Part shown: positions 26,601-41,600 of the stretch, one piece after another | Layout of the letters: every line of letters begins with the position of its first letter | How positions within the stretch are numbered: the stretch's first letter is position 1 | The notes under the pieces: model-generated | Seen by the model: only the letters and a program-made list of their open reading frames with translations | The model's database searches: none | What the model was told of the DNA's origin: nothing | Source of the DNA: Eledone cirrhosa | Taxonomy: Eukaryota | NCBI GenBank assembly: GCA_964016885.1 | Contig: OZ024744.1 | Coordinates: 21,142,001-21,206,000, forward strand | Reading direction: 5' to 3' | Length of the DNA: 64,000 bases | Program-made: the position numbers and the translations under genes

Positions 26601-29600
26601 TTTTAACAACAGTTGAATCTTAAGAACTGACTCGTTTTAACGACAGCTGAATCTTAAGATAAAACTCGTTTTATCAACAGTTCAAACTTAAGAACTGACT
26701 CGTTTTAACAACAGTTGAATCTTCAAATAAAACTCGTTTTAACAACAGTTGAATCTTAAGAACTGACTCGTTTTAACAACAGCTGAATCTTAAGATAAAA
26801 CTCGTTTTAACAACAGTTCAAACTTAAGAAATGACTCGTTTTAACAAAAGTTGAATCTTATGAACTCACTCATTTTAACAACAGTTGAATCTTAAGATAA
26901 CATTCGTTTTAACAACAGTTGAATCTTAAGAACTGATTCGTTTTAACAACAGTTGAATCTTAAGATAAAACTCGTTTTAACAACAGTTGAATCTTAAGAA
27001 CGGACTCGTTTTAACAACACCTGAATCTTAAGATAAAACTCGTTTTAACAACAGTTGAATCTTAAGAACTGATTCGTTTTAACAACAGTTCAAACTTAAG
27101 AACTGACACGTTTTAACAACAGTTGAATCTTATGAACTGACTCATTTTAACAACAGTTGAATCTTAAGATAACATTCGTTTTAACAACAGTTGAATCTTA
27201 AGAACTGACTCGTTTTAACAACAGTTGAATCTTAAAGATAAAACTCGTTTCGACAACAGTTGAATCTTAAGAACTGACTCGTTTTAACAACAGCTGAATC
27301 TTAAGATAAAACTCGTTTTAACAACAGTTGAATCTTAAGATAAAACTCGTTTTAACAACAGTTGAATCTTAAGAACTGACTCGTTTTAACGACAGCTGAA
27401 TCTTAAGATAAAACTCGTTTTATCAACAGTTCAAACTTAAGAAATGACTCGTTTTAACAACAGTTGAATCTTATGAACTGACTCATTTTAACAACAGTTG
27501 AATCTTAAGAACTGATTCGTTTTAACAACAGTTGAATCTTAAGATAAAACTCGTTTTAACAACAGTTGAATCTTAAGAACTGACTCGTTTTAACAACAGT
27601 TGAATCTTAAGATAAAACTCGTTTTAACAACAGTTGAATCTTAAGAACTGACTCGTTTTAACAACAGCTGAATCTTAAGATAAAACTCGTTTTAACAACA
27701 GTTGAATCTTAAGATAAAACTCGTTTTAACAACAGTTGAATCTTAAGAACTGACTCGTTTTATCAACAGTTGAATCTTAAGATAAAACTCGTTTTAACAA
27801 CAGTTGAATCTTATGAGCTAACTCATTTTAACAACAGTTGAATCTTAAGTTAAGACTCGTTTTAACAACAGTTGAATCTTAAGAACTGACTCGTTTTAAC
27901 AACAGTTGAATCTTAAGTTAAGACTCGTTTTAACAACAGTTGAATCTTAAGAACTGACTCGTTTTAACAACAGTTGAATCTTAAGACAAAACTCGTTTTA
28001 ACAACAGTTGAATCTTAAGAACTGACTTGTTTTAACAACAGTTCAGTCTCAAGAACTGACTCGTTTTAAAACAGTTGAATCGTTTGATCTGACTCGTTTT
28101 AACAACAGTTGAATCTTAAAATAAAACTCGTTTTAACAATAGTTGAATCTCAAGAACTGACTCGTTTTAGCAACAGTTGAATCTTAATAACTGACTCGTT
28201 TTAACAACAGTTGAATGTTAAGATAAAACTCGTTTTAACAATAGTTGAATCTTAAGAACTGACTCGTTTTAACAACAGTTGAATCTTAAGATAAAACTCG
28301 TTGTAACAACTGTTGAATCTTAAGAACTGACTCGTTTTAACAACAATTGAATCTTTAAATAAAACACGTTTTAACAACAGTTGAATCTTAAGAACGGACT
28401 CGTTTTAACAACACCTGAATCTTAAGATAAAACTCGTTTTAACAACAGTTGAATCTTAAGAACTGATTCGTTTTAACAACAGTTCAAACTTAAGAACTGA
28501 TTCGTTTTAACAACAGTTGAATCTTATGAACTGACTCATTTTAACAACAGTTGAATCTTAAGATAACATTCGTTTTAACAACAGTTGAATCTTAAGAACT
28601 GACTCGTTTTAACAACAGTTGAATCTTAAGACAAAACTCGTTTTAACAACAGTTGAATCTTAAGAACTGACTTGTTCTAACAACAGTTCAGCCTTAAGAA
28701 CTGACTCGTTTTAAAACAGTTGAATCGTTAGAACTGACTCGTTTTAACAACAGTTGAATCTTAAAATAAAACTCGTTTTAACAATAGTTGAATCTCAAGA
28801 ACTGACTCGTTTTAGCAACAGTTGAAACTTAAGATAACACTCGTTTTCATAACAGTTGAATCTTAAGAACTGTCTCGTTTTAACGACAGTTGAATTTTAA
28901 GATAAACCTCGTTTTGACAACAGTTGAATCTTAAGAACTGACTCGTTTTAACAACAGTTGAATGTTAAGATAAAACTCGTTTTAACAATAGTGGAATCTT
29001 AAGAACTGACTCGTTTTAACAACAGTTGAATCTTAAGATAAAACTCGTTTTAACAACAGTTGAATCTTAAGAACTGACTCGTTTTAACAAAAGTTGAATC
29101 TTATGAACTCACTCATTTTAACAACAGTTGAATCTTAAGATAACTTTCGTTTTAACAACAGTTGAATCTTAAGAACTGATTCGTTTTAACAACAGTTGAA
29201 TCTTAAGATAAAACTCGTTTTAACAACAGTTGAATCTTAAGAACGGACTCGTTTTAACAACACCTGAATCTTAAGATAAAACTCGTTTTAACAACAGTTG
29301 AATCTTAAGAACTGATTCGTTTTAACAACAGTTCAAACTTAAGAACTGACTCGTTTTAACAACAGTTGAATCTTATGAACTGACTCATTTTAACAACAGT
29401 TGAATCTTAAGATAACATTCGTTTTAACAACAGTTGAATCTTAAAGATAAAACTCGTTTTAACAACATTTGAATCTTAAGAACTGACTCGTTTTAACGAC
29501 AGCTGAATCTTAAGATAAAACTCGTTTTAACAACAGTTCAAACTTAAGAAATGACACGTTTTAACAACAGTTGAATCTTATGAACTGACTCATTTTAACA

Positions 29601-29650
29601 ACAGTTGAATATTAAGAACTGATTCGTTTTAACAACAGTTGAATCTTAAG
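14665..29650 (+). repeat. Tandem duplication of about 7.5 kb (approx. 14665-22240 / 22215-29650)
   Basis: GTCCAACCGT lies at 16411 and 23960 (offset 7549); GCTAAGAC at 17307 and 24720 (7413); CGTTTGATCTG at 20668 and 28081 (7413). The offset drops by 136 bp (4 monomers) where the CAGGTA-containing stretch near 16795 is missing from copy 2. Confidence 0.9.
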
Positions 29651-32600
29651 ATAAACTCGTTTTAACAACAGTTGAATCTTAAGTACTGACTCGTTTTAAC
29701 AACAGCTGAATCTTAAGATATAAATCGTTTTAACAACAGTTGAATCTTAAGAACTGACTCGTTTTAACAACAGCTGAATCTTAAGATAAAACTCGTTTTA
29801 ACAACAGTTGAATCTTAAGATAAAACTCGTTTTAACAACAGTTGAATCTTAAGAACTGACTCGTTTTAACAACAGTTGAATCTTAAGATAAAACTCGTTT
29901 TAACAACAGTTGAATCTTATGAGCTAACTCATTTTAACAACAGTTGAATCTTAAGTTAAGACTCGTTTTAACAACAGTTGAATCTTAAGAACTGACTCGT
30001 TTTAACAACAGCTGAATCTTAAGATAAAACTCGTTTTAACAACAGTTGAATCTTAAGAACTGACTCGTTTTAACAACAGCTGAATCTTAAGATAAAACTC
30101 GTTTTAACAACAGTTGAATCTTAAGATAAAACTCGTTTTAACAACAGTTGAATCTTAAGTACTGACTTGTTTTAACAACAGTTGAATCTTAAGATAAAAC
30201 TCGTTTAACAACAGTTGAATCTTATGAGCTAACTCATTTTAACAAAAGTTGAATCTTAAGTTAAGACTCGTTTTAACAACAGTTGAATATTAAGAACTGA
30301 TTCGTTTTAACGACAGCTGAATCTTAAGATAAAACTTGTTTTAACAACAGTTGAATCTTAAAGATAAAACTCGCTTTAACAACAGTTGAATCTTAAGAAC
30401 TGATTCGTTTTAACAACAGTTCAAACTTAAGAACTGATTCGTTTTAACAACAGTTGAATCTTATGAACTGACTCATTTTAACAACAGTTGAATCTTAAGA
30501 TAACATTCGTTTTAACAACAGTTGAATCTTAAGAACTGACTCGTTTTAACAACAGTTGAATCTTAAGATAAAATTCGTTTTAACAACAGTTTAATCTTAA
30601 GAACTGACTCGTTTTAACAACAGTTGAATCTTAAGACAAAACTCGTTTTAACAACAGTTGAATCTTAAGAACTGACTTGTTCTAACAACAGTTCAGCCTT
30701 AAGAACTGACTCGTTTTAAAACAGTTGAATCGTTAGAACTGACTCGTTTTAACAACAGTTGAATCTTAAAATAAAACTCGTTTTAACAATAGTTGAATCT
30801 CAAGAACTGACTCGTTTTAGCAACAGTTGAATCTTAAGAACTGTCTCGTTTTAACGACAGTTGAATTTTAAGATAAACCTCGTTTTGACAACAGTTGAAT
30901 CTTAAGAACTGACTCGTTTTAACAACAGTTAAATCTTCAAATAAAACTCGTTTTAACAACAGTTGAATCTTAAGAACTGACTCGTTTTAACAACAGTTGA
31001 ATGTTAAGATAAAACTCGTTTTAACAATAGTGGAATCTTAAGAACTGACTCGTTTTAACAACAGTTGAATCTTAAGATAAAACTCGTTTTAACAACAGTT
31101 GAATCTTAAGAACTGACTCGTTTTAACAACAGCTGAATCTTAAGATAAAACTCGTTTTAACAACAGTTCAAACTTAAGAAATGACTCGTTTTAACAAAAG
31201 TTGAATCTTATGAACTCACTCATTTTAACAACAGTTGAATCTTAAGATAACTTTCGTTTTAACAACAGTTGAGTCTTAAGAACTGATTCGTTTTAACAAC
31301 AGTTGAATCTTAAGATAAAACTCGTTTTAACAACAGTTGAATCTTAAGAACGGACTCGTTTTAACAACACCTGAATCTTAAGATAAAACTCGTTTTAACA
31401 ACAGTTGAATCTTAAGAACTGATTCGTTTTAACAACAGTTCAAACTTAAGAACTGACTCGTTTTAACAACAGTTGAATCTTATGAACTGACTCATTTTAA
31501 CAACAGTTGAATCTTAAGATAACATTCGTTTTAACAACAGTTGAATCTTAAAGATAAAACTCGTTTTAACAACAGTTGAATCTTAAGAACTGACTCGTTT
31601 TAACGACAGCTGAATCTTAAGATAAAACTCGTTTTAACAACAGTTCAAACTTAAGAAATGACTCGTTTTAACAACAGTTGAATCTTATGAACTGACTCAT
31701 TTTAACAACAGTTGAATCTTAAGAACTGATTCGTTTTAACAACAGTTGAATCTTAAGATAAAACTCGTTTTAACAACAGTTGAATCTTAAGAACTGACTC
31801 GTTTTAACAACAGCTGAATCTTAAGATATAACTCGTTTTAACAACAGTTGAATCTTAAGAACTGACTCGTTTTAACAACAGCTGAATCTTAAGATAAAAC
31901 TCGTTTTAACAACAGTTGAATCTTAAGATAAAACTCGTTTTAACAACAGTTGAATCTTAAGAACTGACTCGTTTTAACAACAGTTGAATCTTAAGATAAA
32001 ACTCGTTTTAACAACAGTTGAATCTTATGAGCTAACTCATTTTAACAACAGTTGAATCTTAAGTTAAGACTCGTTTTAACAACAGTTGAATCTTAAGAAC
32101 TGACTCGTTTTAACAACAGCTGAATCTTAAGATAAAACTCGTTTTAACAACAGTTGAATCTTAAGAACTGACTCGTTTTAACAACAGCTGAATCTTAAGA
32201 TAAAACTCGTTTTAACAACAGTTGAATCTTAAGATAAAACTCGTTTTAACAACAGTTGAATCTTAAGTACTGACTTGTTTTAACAACAGTTGAATCTTAA
32301 GATAAAACTCGTTTAACAACAGTTGAATCTTATGAGCTAACTCATTTTAACAAAAGTTGAATCTTAAGTTAAGACTCGTTTTAACAACAGTTGAATCTTA
32401 AGAACTGATTCGTTTTAAAGACAGCTGAATCTTAAGATAAAACTTGTTTTAACAACAGTTGAATCTTAAAGATAAAACTCGCTTTAACAACAGTTGAATC
32501 TTAAGAACTGATTCGTTTTAACAACAGTTCAAACTTAAGAACTGATTCGTTTTAACAACAGTTGAATCTTATGAACTGACTCATTTTAACAACAGTTGAA

Positions 32601-35600
32601 TCTTAAGATAACATTCGTTTTAACAACAGTTGAATCTTAAGAACTGACTCGTTTTAACAACAGTTGAATCTTAAGATAAAACTCGTTTTAACAACAGTTT
32701 AATCTTAAGAACTGACTCGTTTTAACAACAGTTGAATCTTAAGACAAAACTCGTTTTAACAACAGTTGAATCTTAAGAACTGACTTGTTCTAACAACAGT
32801 TCAGCCTTAAGAACTGACTCGTTTTAAAACAGTTGAATCGTTAGAACTGACTCGTTTTAACAACAGGTGAATCTTAAAATAAAACTCGTTTTAACAATAG
32901 TTGAATCTCAAGAACTGACTCGTTTTAGCAACAGTTGAATCTTAAGAACTGTCTCGTTTTAACGACAGTTGAATTTTAAGATAAACCTCGTTTTGACAAC
33001 AGTTGAATGTTAAGATAAAACTCGTTTTAACAATAGTGGAATCTTAAGAACTGACTCGTTTTAACAACAGTTGAATCTTAAGATAAAACTCGTTTTAACA
33101 ACAGTTGAATCTTAAGAACTGACTCGTTTTAACAACAGCTGAATCTTAAGATAAAACTCGTTTTAACAACAGTTCAAACTTAAGAAATGACTCGTTTTAA
33201 CAAAAGTTGAATCTTATGAACTCACTCATTTTAACAACAGTTGAATCTTAAGATAACTTTCGTTTTAACAACAGTTGAATCTTAAGAACTGATTCGTTTT
33301 AACAACAGTTGAATCTTAAGATAAAACTCGTTTTAACAACAGTTGAATCTTAAGAACGGACTCGTTTTAACAACACCTGAATCTTAAGATAAAACTCGTT
33401 TTAACAACAGTTGAATCTTAAGAACTGATTCGTTTTAACAACAGTTCAAACTTAAGAACTGACTCGTTTTAACAACAGTTGAATCTTATGAACTGACTCA
33501 TTTTAACAACAGTTGAATCTTAAGATAACATTCGTTTTAACAACAGTTGAATTTTAAGAACTGACTCGTTTTAACAACAGTTGAATCTTAAAGATAAAAC
33601 TCGTTTCGACAACAGTTGAATCTTAAGAACTGACTCGTTTTAACAACAGCTGTATCTTAAGATAAAACTCGTTTTAACAACAGTTGAATCTTAAGATAAA
33701 ACTCGTTTTAACAACAGTTGAATCTTAAGAACTGACTCGTTTTAACGACAGCTGAATCTTAAGATAAAACTAGTTTTAACAACTGTTCAAACTTAAGAAA
33801 TGACTCGTTTTAACAACAGTTGAATCTTATGAACTGACTCATTTTAACAACAGTTGAATCTTAAGAACTGATTCGTTTTAACGACAGTTGAATCTTAAGA
33901 TAAAACTCGTTTTAACAACAGTTGAATCTTAAGAACTGACTCGTTTTAACAACAGCTGAATCTTAAGATAAAACTCGTTTTAACAACAGTTGAATCTTAA
34001 GAACTGACTCGTTTTAACAACAGCTGAATCTTAAGATAAAACTCGTTTTAACAATAGTTGAATCTTAAGATAAAACTCGTTTTAACAACAGTTGAATCTT
34101 AAGAACTGACTCGTTTTAACAACATTTGAATCTTAAGATAAAACTCGTTTTAACAACAGTTGAATCTTATGAGCTAACTCATTTTAACAACAGTTGAATC
34201 TTAAGTTAAGACTCGTTTTAACAACAGTTGAATCTTAAGAACTGACTCGTTTTAACGACAGCTGAATCTTAAGATAAAACTTGTTTTAACAACAGTTGAA
34301 TCTTAAAGATAAAACTCGCTTTAACAACAGTTGAATCTTAAGAACTGATTCGTTTTAACAACAGTTCAAACTTAAGAACTGATTCGTTTTAACAACAGTT
34401 GAATCTTATGAACTGACTCATTTTAACAATAGTTGAATCTTAAGATAACATTCGTTTTAACAACAGTTGAATCTTAAGAACTGACTCGTTTTAACAACAG
34501 TTGAATCTTAAGATAAAACTCGTTTTAACAACAGTTGAATCTTAAGAACTGTCTCGTTTTAACAACAGTTGAATCTTAAGATAAACCTCGTTTTAACAAC
34601 AGTTTAATCTTAAGAACTGACTCGTTTTAACAACAGTTGAATCTTAAGACAAAACTCGTTTTAACAACAGTTGAATCTTAAGAACTGACTTGTTCTAACA
34701 ACAGTTCAGCCTTAAGAACTGACTCGTTTCAAAACAGTTGAATCGTTAGAACTGACTCGTTTTAACAACAGTTGAATCTTAAAATAAAACTCGTTTTAAC
34801 AATAGTTGAATCTCAAGAACTGACTCGTTTTAGCAACAGTTGAATCTTAAGATAACACTCGTTTTCATAACAGTTGAATCTTAAGAACTGTCTCGTTTTA
34901 ACGACAGTTGAATTTTAAGATAAAACTCGTTTTAACAATAGTGGAATCTTAAGAACTGACTCGTTTTAACAACAGTTGAATCTTAAAATAAAACTCGTTT
35001 TAACAACAGTTGAATCTTAAGAACTGACTCGTTTTAACAACAGCTGAATCTTAAGATAAAACTCGTTTTAACAACAGTTCAAACTTAAGAAATGACTCGT
35101 TTTAACAACAGTTGAATCTTAAGAACTGACTCGTTTTAACGACAGCTGAATCTTAAGATAAAACTCGTTTTATCAACAGTTCAAACTTAAGAACTGACTC
35201 GTTTTAACAACAGTTGAATCTTCAAATAAAACTCGTTTTAACAACAGTTGAATCTTAAGAACTGACTCGTTTTAACAACAGCTGAATCTTAAGATAAAAC
35301 TCGTTTTAACAACAGTTCAAACTTAAGAAATGACTCGTTTTAACAAAAGTTGAATCTTATGAACTCACTCATTTTAACAACAGTTGAATCTTAAGATAAC
35401 ATTCGTTTTAACAACAGTTGAATCTTAAGAACTGATTCGTTTTAACAACAGTTGAATCTTAAGATAAAACTCGTTTTAACAACAGTTGAATCTTAAGAAC
35501 GGACTCGTTTTAACAACACCTGAATCTTAAGATAAAACTCGTTTTAACAACAGTTGAATCTTAAGAACTGATTCGTTTTAACAACAGTTCAAACTTAAGA

Positions 35601-38600
35601 ACTGACACGTTTTAACAACAGTTGAATCTTATGAACTGACTCATTTTAACAACAGTTGAATCTTAAGATAACATTCGTTTTAACAACAGTTGAATCTTAA
35701 GAACTGACTCGTTTTAACAACAGTTGAATCTTAAAGATAAAACTCGTTTCGACAACAGTTGAATCTTAAGAACTGACTCGTTTTAACAACAGCTGAATCT
35801 TAAGATAAAACTCGTTTTAACAACAGTTGAATCTTAAGATAAAACTCGTTTTAACAACAGTTGAATCTTAAGAACTGACTCGTTTTAACGACAGCTGAAT
35901 CTTAAGATAAAACTCGTTTTATCAACAGTTCAAACTTAAGAAATGACTCGTTTTAACAACAGTTGAATCTTATGAACTGACTCATTTTAACAACAGTTGA
36001 ATCTTAAGAACTGATTCGTTTTAACAACAGTTGAATCTTAAGATAAAACTCGTTTTAACAACAGTTGAATCTTAAGAACTGACTCGTTTTAACAACAGTT
36101 GAATCTTAAGATAAAACTCGTTTTAACAACAGTTGAATCTTAAGAACTGACTCGTTTTAACAACAGCTGCATCTTAAGATAAAACTCGTTTTAACAACAG
36201 TTGAATCTTAAGATAAAACTCGTTTTAACAACAGTTGAATCTTAAGAACTGACTCGTTTTATCAACAGTTGAATCTTAAGATAAAACTCGTTTTAACAAC
36301 AGTTGAATCTTATGAGCTAACTCATTTTAACAACAGTTGAATCTTAAGTTAAGACTCGTTTTAACAACAGTTGAATCTTAAGAACTGACTCGTTTTAACA
36401 ACAGTTGAATCTTAAGTTAAGACTCGTTTTAACAACAGTTGAATCTTAAGAACTGACTCGTTTTAACAACAGTTGAATCTTAAGACAAAACTCGTTTTAA
36501 CAACAGTTGAATCTTAAGAACTGACTTGTTTTAACAACAGTTCAGTCTCAAGAACTGACTCGTTTTAAAACAGTTGAATCGTTTGATCTGACTCGTTTTA
36601 ACAACAGTTGAATCTTAAAATAAAACTCGTTTTAACAATAGTTGAATCTCAAGAACTGACTCGTTTTAGCAACAGTTGAATCTTAATAACTGACTCGTTT
36701 TAACAACAGTTGAATGTTAAGATAAAACTCGTTTTAACAATAGTTGAATCTTAAGAACTGACTCGTTTTAACAACAGTTGAATCTTAAGATAAAACTCGT
36801 TTTAACAACTGTTGAATCTTAAGAACTGACTCGTTTTAACAACAATTGAATCTTTAAATAAAACACGTTTTAACAACAGTTGAATCTTAAGAACGGACTC
36901 GTTTTAACAACACCTGAATCTTAAGATAAAACTCGTTTTAACAACAGTTGAATCTTAAGAACTGATTCGTTTTAACAACAGTTCAAACTTAAGAACTGAT
37001 TCGTTTTAACAACAGTTGAATCTTATGAACTGACTCATTTTAACAACAGTTGAATCTTAAGATAACATTCGTTTTAACAACAGTTGAATCTTAAGAACTG
37101 ACTCGTTTTAACAACAGTTGAATCTTAAGACAAAACTCGTTTTAACAACAGTTGAATCTTAAGAACTGACTTGTTCTAACAACAGTTCAGCCTTAAGAAC
37201 TGACTCGTTTTAAAACAGTTGAATCGTTAGAACTGACTCGTTTTAACAACAGTTGAATCTTAAAATAAAACTCGTTTTAACAATAGTTGAATCTCAAGAA
37301 CTGACTCGTTTTAGCAACAGTTGAAACTTAAGATAACACTCGTTTTCATAACAGTTGAATCTTAAGAACTGTCTCGTTTTAACGACAGTTGAATTTTAAG
37401 ATAAACCTCGTTTTGACAACAGTTGAATCTTAAGAACTGACTCGTTTTAACAACAGTTGAATGTTAAGATAAAACTCGTTTTAACAATAGTGGAATCTTA
37501 AGAACTGACTCGTTTTAACAACAGTTGAATCTTAAGATAAAACTCGTTTTAACAACAGTTGAATCTTAAGAACTGACTCGTTTTAACAAAAGTTGAATCT
37601 TATGAACTCACTCATTTTAACAACAGTTGAATCTTAAGATAACTTTCGTTTTAACAACAGTTGAATCTTAAGAACTGATTCGTTTTAACAACAGTTGAAT
37701 CTTAAGATAAAACTCGTTTTAACAACAGTTGAATCTTAAGAACGGACTCGTTTTAACAACACCTGAATCTTAAGATAAAACTCGTTTTAACAACAGTTGA
37801 ATCTTAAGAACTGATTCGTTTTAACAACAGTTCAAACTTAAGAACTGACTCGTTTTAACAACAGTTGAATCTTATGAACTGACTCATTTTAACAACAGTT
37901 GAATCTTAAGATAACATTCGTTTTAACAACAGTTGAATCTTAAAGATAAAACTCGTTTTAACAACAGTTGAATCTTAAGAACTGACTCGTTTTAACGACA
38001 GCTGAATCTTAAGATAAAACTCGTTTTAACAACAGTTCAAACTTAAGAAATGACACGTTTTAACAACAGTTGAATCTTATGAACTGACTCATTTTAACAA
38101 CAGTTGAATATTAAGAACTGATTCGTTTTAACAACAGTTGAATCTTAAGATAAACTCGTTTTAACAACAGTTGAATCTTAAGTACTGACTCGTTTTAACA
38201 ACAGCTGAATCTTAAGATATAAATCGTTTTAACAACAGTTGAATCTTAAGAACTGACTCGTTTTAACAACAGCTGAATCTTAAGATAAAACTCGTTTTAA
38301 CAACAGTTGAATCTTAAGATAAAACTCGTTTTAACAACAGTTGAATCTTAAGAACTGACTCGTTTTAACAACAGTTGAATCTTAAGATAAAACTCGTTTT
38401 AACAACAGTTGAATCTTATGAGCTAACTCATTTTAACAACAGTTGAATCTTAAGTTAAGACTCGTTTTAACAACAGTTGAATCTTAAGAACTGACTCGTT
38501 TTAACAACAGCTGAATCTTAAGATAAAACTCGTTTTAACAACAGTTGAATCTTAAGAACTGACTCGTTTTAACAACAGCTGAATCTTAAGATAAAACTCG

Positions 38601-41600
38601 TTTTAACAACAGTTGAATCTTAAGATAAAACTCGTTTTAACAACAGTTGAATCTTAAGTACTGACTTGTTTTAACAACAGTTGAATCTTAAGATAAAACT
38701 CGTTTAACAACAGTTGAATCTTATGAGCTAACTCATTTTAACAAAAGTTGAATCTTAAGTTAAGACTCGTTTTAACAACAGTTGAATATTAAGAACTGAT
38801 TCGTTTTAACGACAGCTGAATCTTAAGATAAAACTTGTTTTAACAACAGTTGAATCTTAAAGATAAAACTCGCTTTAACAACAGTTGAATCTTAAGAACT
38901 GATTCGTTTTAACAACAGTTCAAACTTAAGAACTGATTCGTTTTAACAACAGTTGAATCTTATGAACTGACTCATTTTAACAACAGTTGAATCTTAAGAT
39001 AACATTCGTTTTAACAACAGTTGAATCTTAAGAACTGACTCGTTTTAACAACAGTTGAATCTTAAGATAAAATTCGTTTTAACAACAGTTTAATCTTAAG
39101 AACTGACTCGTTTTAACAACAGTTGAATCTTAAGACAAAACTCGTTTTAACAACAGTTGAATCTTAAGAACTGACTTGTTCTAACAACAGTTCAGCCTTA
39201 AGAACTGACTCGTTTTAAAACAGTTGAATCGTTAGAACTGACTCGTTTTAACAACAGTTGAATCTTAAAATAAAACTCGTTTTAACAATAGTTGAATCTC
39301 AAGAACTGACTCGTTTTAGCAACAGTTGAATCTTAAGAACTGTCTCGTTTTAACGACAGTTGAATTTTAAGATAAACCTCGTTTTGACAACAGTTGAATC
39401 TTAAGAACTGACTCGTTTTAACAACAGTTAAATCTTCAAATAAAACTCGTTTTAACAACAGTTGAATCTTAAGAACTGACTCGTTTTAACAACAGTTGAA
39501 TGTTAAGATAAAACTCGTTTTAACAATAGTGGAATCTTAAGAACTGACTCGTTTTAACAACAGTTGAATCTTAAGATAAAACTCGTTTTAACAACAGTTG
39601 AATCTTAAGAACTGACTCGTTTTAACAACAGCTGAATCTTAAGATAAAACTCGTTTTAACAACAGTTCAAACTTAAGAAATGACTCGTTTTAACAAAAGT
39701 TGAATCTTATGAACTCACTCATTTTAACAACAGTTGAATCTTAAGATAACTTTCGTTTTAACAACAGTTGAGTCTTAAGAACTGATTCGTTTTAACAACA
39801 GTTGAATCTTAAGATAAAACTCGTTTTAACAACAGTTGAATCTTAAGAACGGACTCGTTTTAACAACACCTGAATCTTAAGATAAAACTCGTTTTAACAA
39901 CAGTTGAATCTTAAGAACTGATTCGTTTTAACAACAGTTCAAACTTAAGAACTGACTCGTTTTAACAACAGTTGAATCTTATGAACTGACTCATTTTAAC
40001 AACAGTTGAATCTTAAGATAACATTCGTTTTAACAACAGTTGAATCTTAAAGATAAAACTCGTTTTAACAACAGTTGAATCTTAAGAACTGACTCGTTTT
40101 AACGACAGCTGAATCTTAAGATAAAACTCGTTTTAACAACAGTTCAAACTTAAGAAATGACTCGTTTTAACAACAGTTGAATCTTATGAACTGACTCATT
40201 TTAACAACAGTTGAATCTTAAGAACTGATTCGTTTTAACAACAGTTGAATCTTAAGATAAAACTCGTTTTAACAACAGTTGAATCTTAAGAACTGACTCG
40301 TTTTAACAACAGCTGAATCTTAAGATATAACTCGTTTTAACAACAGTTGAATCTTAAGAACTGACTCGTTTTAACAACAGCTGAATCTTAAGATAAAACT
40401 CGTTTTAACAACAGTTGAATCTTAAGATAAAACTCGTTTTAACAACAGTTGAATCTTAAGAACTGACTCGTTTTAACAACAGTTGAATCTTAAGATAAAA
40501 CTCGTTTTAACAACAGTTGAATCTTATGAGCTAACTCATTTTAACAACAGTTGAATCTTAAGTTAAGACTCGTTTTAACAACAGTTGAATCTTAAGAACT
40601 GACTCGTTTTAACAACAGCTGAATCTTAAGATAAAACTCGTTTTAACAACAGTTGAATCTTAAGAACTGACTCGTTTTAACAACAGCTGAATCTTAAGAT
40701 AAAACTCGTTTTAACAACAGTTGAATCTTAAGATAAAACTCGTTTTAACAACAGTTGAATCTTAAGTACTGACTTGTTTTAACAACAGTTGAATCTTAAG
40801 ATAAAACTCGTTTAACAACAGTTGAATCTTATGAGCTAACTCATTTTAACAAAAGTTGAATCTTAAGTTAAGACTCGTTTTAACAACAGTTGAATCTTAA
40901 GAACTGATTCGTTTTAAAGACAGCTGAATCTTAAGATAAAACTTGTTTTAACAACAGTTGAATCTTAAAGATAAAACTCGCTTTAACAACAGTTGAATCT
41001 TAAGAACTGATTCGTTTTAACAACAGTTCAAACTTAAGAACTGATTCGTTTTAACAACAGTTGAATCTTATGAACTGACTCATTTTAACAACAGTTGAAT
41101 CTTAAGATAACATTCGTTTTAACAACAGTTGAATCTTAAGAACTGACTCGTTTTAACAACAGTTGAATCTTAAGATAAAACTCGTTTTAACAACAGTTTA
41201 ATCTTAAGAACTGACTCGTTTTAACAACAGTTGAATCTTAAGACAAAACTCGTTTTAACAACAGTTGAATCTTAAGAACTGACTTGTTCTAACAACAGTT
41301 CAGCCTTAAGAACTGACTCGTTTTAAAACAGTTGAATCGTTAGAACTGACTCGTTTTAACAACAGGTGAATCTTAAAATAAAACTCGTTTTAACAATAGT
41401 TGAATCTCAAGAACTGACTCGTTTTAGCAACAGTTGAATCTTAAGAACTGTCTCGTTTTAACGACAGTTGAATTTTAAGATAAACCTCGTTTTGACAACA
41501 GTTGAATGTTAAGATAAAACTCGTTTTAACAATAGTGGAATCTTAAGAACTGACTCGTTTTAACAACAGTTGAATCTTAAGATAAAACTCGTTTTAACAA

